Shown here: in pieces, positions 37,392 to 43,303 of the stretch
Numbering within the stretch: the stretch's first letter is position 1
Layout of the letters: each line of letters begins with the position of its first letter
Assembly (NCBI GenBank): GCA_947501605.1
Contig: CANMWZ010000039.1
Span: 1-43,303 of the forward strand
DNA: 43,303 nt
Reading direction: 5' to 3'
Source: Planctomycetota bacterium
GTDB taxonomy: Bacteria; Planctomycetota; UBA1135; UBA2386
The notes under the pieces: generated by a model
What the model was told of the DNA's origin: nothing
Database searches by the model: none
What the model saw: only the letters and a program-made list of their open reading frames with translations
Program-made: the position numbers and the translations under genes

Positions 37392-38408
37392 TCAGACGAT
37401 GCCGGCGCGGCCGCGCGCAAGGCAGTTGGAGAAGGTCTCAGGCGACACGTTGGCGCCGCATACGATCACGCCGACGCGCTTGCCCGCGACTGCGCTGCGC
37501 TGCTGTAGCATCGCCGCCGTCGCTGCCGCACCGGCTGGTTCGACGGCGAGCTTGGCGTCGGCAAACAGCAGCGCCATGGCCGAGCAGAGTTCGTCGTCGT
37601 CGACCGTGACGAGTTCGTCGACGAAGTGGCGGCACAGTGCGAACGAGTAGGGCAGCGCATAGGGCGCGCCGAGGCTGTCGGCGATCGTTGCGACCCGTTC
37701 GATCTTCTGGGGGCTACCCGCTGCAAAGCTGCGGTGCATGCTGTCGGCGCCCACTGGTTCGACGCCGTAGACCTTGCACCGTGGCTGCAGTTGTTTGATC
37801 GCACAGGCCATGCCGGCGCAGAGGCCGCCGCCGCCGATTGGCACGAACACCGCGTCGAGTTGGCCGGTCTGGCGCAAGAACTCGTAGCCCAGCGTGGCGG
37901 TACCGAGTGCGGTGCGCGGACCCTCGAACGGGTGGACAAAGTGGCGGCCCTCGGCCCGCTGCAACTCCTCAGCAAGGGCGAACGCCGAGGCGATGTCGTC
38001 GGTCAGCACCACCTCGCCGCCGAGTTCGCGACAGGCCTGCACCCGCGCCGGGTCAGCGGTCCGTGGCATCGCAACCTTGGCATGCGAGCCGAGTACTCGC
38101 GCGGCGTAGGCGACCGCCATCGCGTGGTTGCCAGCACTGACGGCGGTGATGCCGCGCCGCAGCGTGGCGTCATCGAGGGCCTGCATCACGCATAGGGCGC
38201 CGCGTGGTTTGAATGACCCGGTGTGCTGGAACAACTCGAGCTTGAGCGTGACCCTGGTTCCGTCGTCAAGGCGTGCGCGTAGCCGATGCCCTTCGAGGGC
38301 CCAGGTCGGCGTCTCGCGGATCCATGGCTGTAGCGTTCGGTGTGCCCTCTGAATGGCGGCGACATCCGGGAAGTCGGGTGCTTGGGCGATGGACCGCGGC
38401 GTTGGCAT
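37392..38408 (-). CDS. Threonine/serine dehydratase (serine racemase-like), PLP-dependent
   Basis: KLELFQHTGSFKPRGA, SAGNHA, HPFE, PIGGGGL, TIADSL, VEPAGA, CGAN. Confidence 0.93.
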   Translation of the reverse strand: MPTPRSIAQAPDFPDVAAIQRAHRTLQPWIRETPTWALEGHRLRARLDDGTRVTLKLELFQHTGSFKPRGALCVMQALDDATLRRGITAVSAGNHAMAVAYAARVLGSHAKVAMPRTADPARVQACRELGGEVVLTDDIASAFALAEELQRAEGRHFVHPFEGPRTALGTATLGYEFLRQTGQLDAVFVPIGGGGLCAGMACAIKQLQPRCKVYGVEPVGADSMHRSFAAGSPQKIERVATIADSLGAPYALPYSFALCRHFVDELVTVDDDELCSAMALLFADAKLAVEPAGAAATAAMLQQRSAVAGKRVGVIVCGANVSPETFSNCLARGRAGIV

Positions 38409-38496
38409 CAAGGTCGATCCTGCCCGATCGATTGGCGCGCCGCCAGCAGCTGCGGCTGTGAGGGACCCCGTGTCAGCGGGCGTGGGCGGCACGGAG

Positions 38497-38698
38497 GCCA
38501 GGGCGAGCGGGCGCCGGGCTGCTAGGGCGCCGGGGAGGAAGCATCGGGACCACCGTCCTGCGTCTGAGACCTCACCATCTCGACGCAGGCAATATAGTAG
38601 GGGTTTGGAGAACCAATCCGCGGCACCGCCCGAAGGCAGCACTCTGGCTCACGGTGGTCCCGATGCGGTCAACTACGCCGAGGCTCTCTTGCCCTGGC
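38497..38698. ncRNA. Candidate structured RNA or palindromic element of unknown class
   Basis: Perfect 16-bp inverted repeat 38541-38556/38651-38666, outer imperfect 16-bp stem 38497-38512/38683-38698, and two internal hairpins, one with a cUUCGg loop on the minus strand. Confidence 0.5.
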
Positions 38699-38761
38699 TC
38701 ACCTTTTTCTCGCGCGGATCAGGAAAGTTCGAACTTCGGCCGCAGGATCAGCAATTTCGCC

Positions 38762-39223
38762 TCACCAGCGGTGAAAAGCCGGGTGTCCTTCCCGGACTGC
38801 GACGAACAAACCGTCGCAAGTTGCGCAGATTTTCCCGCCTGACTCCAGTGTCCCAGTGATCTTGGCGCGGTCCTCGCCGGATTCGACGACCTTGGCCCGC
38901 AGCGAGAGGGGGCCGGAACTGGGCGTGGGCCGCCGCAATTTGACCGCATACTCTGCCGTCACGGTGCAGGGGGGCGACAGCAGCTGCGTCTTCTGCATCA
39001 GGTGCCACGCAGCGGTCCAGTTGAGATGGCAGTCGAGCAGGGTACCGATGATGCCGCCATTGAGCACGCCGGGAAACGCCTCGTGGTGCGGTTCCGGGGT
39101 CCAGGTGCAGACGACTTCGTCGCCGTCAACGTGGCTCTGCAGGCGCAGGCCTTTTGGGTTGCTCGGGCCGCAGCCAAAGCACGCGTTCTTCGGGGCGTAG
39201 CGATCCTGCAGACTTATGCGCAT
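38762..39223 (-). CDS. PaaI family thioesterase (hotdog fold)
   Basis: CFGCGP.NP.GL, HEAFPGVLNGGIIGTLLDCH, VTA...V...RPTP. Confidence 0.9.
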   Translation of the reverse strand: MRISLQDRYAPKNACFGCGPSNPKGLRLQSHVDGDEVVCTWTPEPHHEAFPGVLNGGIIGTLLDCHLNWTAAWHLMQKTQLLSPPCTVTAEYAVKLRRPTPSSGPLSLRAKVVESGEDRAKITGTLESGGKICATCDGLFVAVREGHPAFHRW

Positions 39224-39311
39224 GGGGCGAGAGTATCGCGCGGTTGCCCCGTCGCGGTCCACTCCGTAGCTGCCGGTGTGGTCCGTACAGGCAAGCGCGG
39301 CCCGTACATGC

Positions 39312-39345
39312 AAGCGCGGAAGGAGTCTTCACTCCTCCCGCGCTT
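39312..39345 (-). terminator. Hairpin downstream of the 39389..41026 gene, possible intrinsic terminator or stabilising stem
   Basis: Minus strand AAGCGCGGGAGGAGT-GAAG-ACTCCTTCCGCGCTT, 15 bp with one G-U; only a weak U tail. Confidence 0.5.
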
Positions 39346-39388
39346 TGGCTAGCGCCACCCGGCGCCAGCTACGAGCACTTGCTCTGGA

Positions 39389-41026
39389 TCAGCCGATGAC
39401 GGCGGTCCAGATGTTCGTGGCACCGAAGGGGATGCCAGCGAAGGTGCAGCCGCCCGACGTCGGGAAGACATCGAGACCCTGGCACTGAACCGTGGCACCG
39501 ATCAGGAACGGATCGACCGGGATCGGCAGGTTGTAGGTCGAGAGGAACTCGAAGAAGCCGAGGTTGACACCGCCGTCGCCGATGATGTCGCAACCGCACG
39601 GGCTCGGGATCGGGAGCAGCGGCGAGAAGCCGTAGCCCGTGAACGGCAGGCCGGTGCCGCCGGTGATGCTGATCGACAGCGTGCCGCCGATGTAGGGGTC
39701 ACCCGTGACGTCCAGCACGGCCGAGCTCGGGCAGAGGCTGACGGTCGTGTTTGGGGTGATGCTGCCGCCCAGCGTGCCGGTGCGGACGTTGACGACGATG
39801 TTGCCAACGGCGTTGTTGAAGCCGCCGATGCGCACGCGGTAGGTGTTGCCGGCGACCAGGTTGAGCACGAGGCGCGACTCCGGGAACGTCGGGAAGTTGA
39901 TGTCATCGTTGCAGCCAAGGCTCAGACCGCCGCAGCTGTCGTCGACCTGCATGACCGTGTCCATCAGCGAGCCGAGGGTGTCGATCGTGTGCGGGGCCGT
40001 GAAGCTCGCCGTGAAGAGGAACCACAGGTCCTTCGACGGGCTAATGGAGCACGAGAAGGCCGGGACCGAGCCCGTGGCGCACGCGTTGCTGAAGGGGCCA
40101 TTGGCGCCGTAGGTGACGGGCAGGGGCGTGAGGCATTCGTCGTTGACCGGCAGCACGGTCGTGCAGGCGATGTTGAGGCCGAACGAGCCAAGGTCGCCGT
40201 TGAAGCCGCCGACGCGGATCAGGTAGACCTGACCGCTGACGACACCGGGGACGGTGATGGAGGACTGGAACGATAGGAAGCACGGGCCGTCATTCGCGTC
40301 ATCGTTGCACTCGATGCTCGAGAGCGAGCCGCAGGTGCCCGAGAACACTTGCAGAACCGTGTCGAGGGCGCTGCCGCAGGTGTCGATCGTGAGGCTGCCG
40401 CAGCACGTCGCCGTGTAGCGGAACCACAGATCGTTGCCGCCAAGGCCGCAGGTCCATGCTGGGCTCGAGGTCGTCGCCGTGGCGTTGCTGAACGGGCCGT
40501 TGGCGCCGTTGACGACGTTGGGGGCGCAGTTGCATTCGTCCGCGACACCGCTGCCGACTTCCGCGACCGTGGCCACGATGTTGGTCAGGGTTGCAGTCGG
40601 GCCGAACGTGTCGATACGCATGAAGTAGGTGCCGCCGGCAACGACCGCGACGCCGGTAACCTGCGAGCGGGCGCCGCAGACGTCATCGGAGCAACCCAGC
40701 GCGACGAGCGCGCCGCAGGTGCCCGAGTAGACCTGGAGCACGGTGTCGCCGCTCGTCATCGTGCACGTGCTGAACGTCGCCGTGCCATTGCACGCGGCCG
40801 TGTACTGGAACCAAATGTCGCGATCGAAGCTCGTAGCGAAGCAGGTTGGCGCGGGCGAGCCTTCGAGCGTCGTGCTGTTGGTCAACCCGACGTTGCTGAA
40901 CGGGCCGTTGTTGCCAGCAACGATCGTGATGGCGGTGGCGCAGGTGTCCTGCGCGCTGACTGCGGGGGCGAAACCGAGAGCTGCAGCGAAGCACGCAGCG
41001 GCGGTGTTCTTGATGGAGATATGCAT
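39389..41026 (-). CDS. Secreted Cys-rich protein with three ~125-aa PPC-like beta-sandwich repeats and a C-terminal domain
   Basis: Signal peptide ending VSAQ; three D.C...G.NGPFSN...D.WF...DTV.QV...C(N/S)DD...Y.(I/V/M)R..G units. Confidence 0.85.
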   Translation of the reverse strand: MHISIKNTAAACFAAALGFAPAVSAQDTCATAITIVAGNNGPFSNVGLTNSTTLEGSPAPTCFATSFDRDIWFQYTAACNGTATFSTCTMTSGDTVLQVYSGTCGALVALGCSDDVCGARSQVTGVAVVAGGTYFMRIDTFGPTATLTNIVATVAEVGSGVADECNCAPNVVNGANGPFSNATATTSSPAWTCGLGGNDLWFRYTATCCGSLTIDTCGSALDTVLQVFSGTCGSLSSIECNDDANDGPCFLSFQSSITVPGVVSGQVYLIRVGGFNGDLGSFGLNIACTTVLPVNDECLTPLPVTYGANGPFSNACATGSVPAFSCSISPSKDLWFLFTASFTAPHTIDTLGSLMDTVMQVDDSCGGLSLGCNDDINFPTFPESRLVLNLVAGNTYRVRIGGFNNAVGNIVVNVRTGTLGGSITPNTTVSLCPSSAVLDVTGDPYIGGTLSISITGGTGLPFTGYGFSPLLPIPSPCGCDIIGDGGVNLGFFEFLSTYNLPIPVDPFLIGATVQCQGLDVFPTSGGCTFAGIPFGATNIWTAVIG

Positions 41027-41124
41027 GGGATCGATGAACCTAGTTGCCTATGAAGCGAGGTCTGCGGAACCCGCACCACGCGGATGCAATCAACTGGCAG
41101 AGTCGCGACTGCGCGCAGAATCTT

Positions 41125-42674
41125 GGCGCATCAGGAACTCGTGTGGGTAGCTGACGCGGTTGCGGGATAGAGATCGAGGCCCCCGAGGTGGAACAGAATC
41201 GCATTCCTGAATCGCTCCCTGTTGCGGAAGCCGCAAGCAGCGCGCTTGACGCGCTGCACCTTGGAGTTGACGGACTCGCTGGCGGCGTTGGTGACCTGAA
41301 GGGCCATGGCGTTGACGATGCCCCACAGATGCTCGCGGATCATGCGCGCGGCACGCTTCATCGGCTCGAGGCGGCTGCGCATCGCCTTGGTTACCCACTC
41401 GCGCAGCGCCGCTCCGGCGCTACTGCGTCTGACGAAACGCCAGATGCCCATCGCAGTCTCTTTCAGCGACCAGGCGCGTGCAGTCTTCAGGTTGAGCTCG
41501 TGCAGCGCGTCGATCGTGCCACGCTGCGTCGGGCTCATGTTGTCGGGATTCGTCAAGAGCGCGTAGCGCGTGCCCTTGAGGGAGTTGTCGCCGGAAGCTG
41601 CGAGCTTTCGATGCTCAGCGCGGCGCACGTCATCGACGGCCTTGCCGAGGTGGCTCGCGACGTGGAACTTGTCGAACGCGATCTTCAGTTCCGCATCCGG
41701 CACGTACTCCTTGACCGATGCGATGAACGGACCCCACATGTCCATCGCGATCGCATCGATGCGTGCGAGTTGCTCTGCATCCAGGCCGCGAAAGAACGCG
41801 TCCAAGCTCGCGCGCTTGCGATCGTCGGCGACATGGAGCACGCGACTGGTCTCCAGGTCAGTGACAATAGTCACATACTCGTGCCTCCGCTGAAACGAGG
41901 TCTCGTCGACGCCGATCTGCCGAACTTCGACGCGCTTCCTACGAGCCATGCCGCGCGCGACGGCACGACTCATGATGCCATCGACCTCGTCCCACGAGAG
42001 TCGCAGCTGCGATGCGACGGTCTTGATCGAGGCGAGCGATCGGAGCCAGTTGATGACCACGGCTTCCATGAGCGCCGTGAAGCCAGAGCCGGGCTCCGCC
42101 CACGGAACGCGCACCTGGTGGATGCCGTGCTCGCTGCAGTTCACTCGCGGGACGTCGGCGACCAGGATGGTCTTGAACTGGCAGGTGTCGAGGTGCCGCC
42201 AACTGCGCTGACGCGTGTCGTAGCCAGGGCATGCCTTGCCGCACTCGGGGCACCCGAGCGTCGCGGTCGACTTCGCTGCTACGGTCACGCGGACCTCCTC
42301 ACCGGCGAGATCGAGCTGGACGTCACAGACTTGCCAAGGGTCGACGAGGCCGAGGATGCGCGCGTAGAGGTCGCGGTCTTGCATGCCAGAAAGCTAACCC
42401 GCCTCCTCCATGAGTCAGCGGCCACACCCTGCACCTGCGCAGGGTGTGATCGCGCGAGCACCTTGACCAACAGGGCCGGAGCGGAGGGCGCGGCGAGGCA
42501 CGCGAGGCGTGTGACGCGGCAGATGGACCCGAAGGATGCGGCGAGCCATCGCGGCGCACGCCTTGCCAGCCGAGCGCGACCGGAGCGGTCGCGAAGTGGC
42601 TGCGCAAGGGCCAGGACGATAGGCATCGAGGCCATCAGCTATGCTCAGCTACCCACACGACTTCCTGAAGACCC
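41125..42674 (-). mobile_element. ISL3-family insertion sequence, 1550 bp
   Basis: 30-bp terminal IRs with 4 mismatches: GGCGCATCAGGAACTCGTGTGGGTAGCTGA (41125-41154) and GGGTCTTCAGGAAGTCGTGTGGGTAGCTGA (reverse complement of 42645-42674); encloses an ISL3 transposase. Confidence 0.92.
41131..42384 (-). CDS. ISL3 family transposase
   Basis: CPECG zinc finger, R.WRHLD, VPWAEP.S.FT, IGVDETSF, AMDMW, FDKFHV, TNAASES.N.K...KR.A.GFRN; stop codon lies inside the right IR. Confidence 0.96.
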   Translation of the reverse strand: MQDRDLYARILGLVDPWQVCDVQLDLAGEEVRVTVAAKSTATLGCPECGKACPGYDTRQRSWRHLDTCQFKTILVADVPRVNCSEHGIHQVRVPWAEPGSGFTALMEAVVINWLRSLASIKTVASQLRLSWDEVDGIMSRAVARGMARRKRVEVRQIGVDETSFQRRHEYVTIVTDLETSRVLHVADDRKRASLDAFFRGLDAEQLARIDAIAMDMWGPFIASVKEYVPDAELKIAFDKFHVASHLGKAVDDVRRAEHRKLAASGDNSLKGTRYALLTNPDNMSPTQRGTIDALHELNLKTARAWSLKETAMGIWRFVRRSSAGAALREWVTKAMRSRLEPMKRAARMIREHLWGIVNAMALQVTNAASESVNSKVQRVKRAACGFRNRERFRNAILFHLGGLDLYPATASATHTSS

Positions 42675-42865
42675 GGACTTTTATAGCGCTTGCTGGGGTG
42701 TTTTCCCTTGGTTCGATCAGCTGGCACGCTTTCGCGGGCGCCCCGGCATGCAATTGCTTCGGAGGGTCTTCACTTCTGAATCATGCGTCTCCAGGAATAG
42801 CTGTGTGCATGTCCCTCTTGTCCGGCGTTGCTTATTGGGCCAGCGACGCCACGCACCAGACGTAG
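42675..42865 (+). pseudogene. 3' fragment of a membrane protein, MauE/DoxX-like, truncated at the IS end
   Basis: TFIALAGVFSLGSISWHAFAGAPACNCFGG...IAVCMSLLSGVAYW: TM helix, CxCFG motif, TM helix; no start outside the IS. Confidence 0.45.
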
Positions 42866-43303
42866 GACGCTAGAAGTGGGGGGTCTACCAGTTGGCGGCT
42901 CATGTGCATCCCAGCTACTCCGAGGATATCGAGGCTGGAGAGGGTGAGGCGGGCAAGTCCCCGCCCTAGGCCTAGATTGGGTCGTCGGAACTGAGAGCAG
43001 GAAGCGGCGCCCTTCGAGAGAGTGAGAGCAGACCCTTGTTATCCGGGTTCCTGTGCCGGCCAATGTCAGCTGGCTCGCACTTTCCGATCCCAAGTCCCGC
43101 ACGGACAAGCAGACCCGAAGCCGGAGCGTTCTGTGAGAAGGTGCCACCCGATGTCGAGCAGATCATCTCTAACACGCTCGACAGTCCGCCCTGAGGAGGG
43201 GCGTAAAACAGAGGCCACCTTCGATGGACCAGACCAGCGCCAGGCCAGGGGCTTGACACCTCCACCCACGCGCTCCACGCTGGCTCAGCTCCAGAAGGTC
43301 GTG

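Noticed and set aside
38530..38650. Glycine riboswitch (GGAGA...CCGAAGG), RNase P (GGGGAGGAA) or retron msr-msd
   Set aside because: It lacks the CTCTCAGG and AAGTCCG cores, there is no downstream plus-strand gene, and no reverse transcriptase is in the window
42866..43303. Short ORFs at the right end
   Set aside because: No recognisable motifs and truncated context; cannot be supported

Overview
High-GC bacterial DNA, most consistent with a Planctomycetota genome. The assignment is inferred from the futalosine menaquinone genes, planctomycete-style secreted repeat proteins and a planctomycete-type Ser/Thr kinase N-terminus. The window opens with the end of an apparent island bounded by a 3'-half tRNA-Pro(GGG) att-like fragment (862-906). 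It closes with an ISL3 element (41125-42674) that has no target duplication and abuts a truncated membrane-protein gene. About 30 genes lie between. They include a thioredoxin/MsrA-like protein, an HtrA protease and a FIST sensor broken by an in-frame TAG and coupled to a hybrid kinase. An OlsB/OlsA-like acyltransferase pair is divergent from a DedA-ATP-grasp fusion, DoxX and a CSAD-motif decarboxylase. Next come a deleted dabA remnant and a SET-domain gene coupled to a Pls/PosA-type membrane NRPS. A peptidase/transport block follows, then mqnB and mqnD separated by inserted genes (including an Rpn nuclease), and a C39-peptidase/RimK/GCS2 operon. The best candidates for undescribed systems are (i) an aminolipid pathway that could attach taurine or beta-alanine to an ornithine-type lipid, (ii) the SET + Pls-like polymer synthetase pair, (iii) a ~200-nt nested inverted-repeat element at 38497-38698 and (iv) a C-terminal domain shared by two unrelated secreted proteins. 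All calls come from manual motif recognition; no searches were run and start codons are best guesses.
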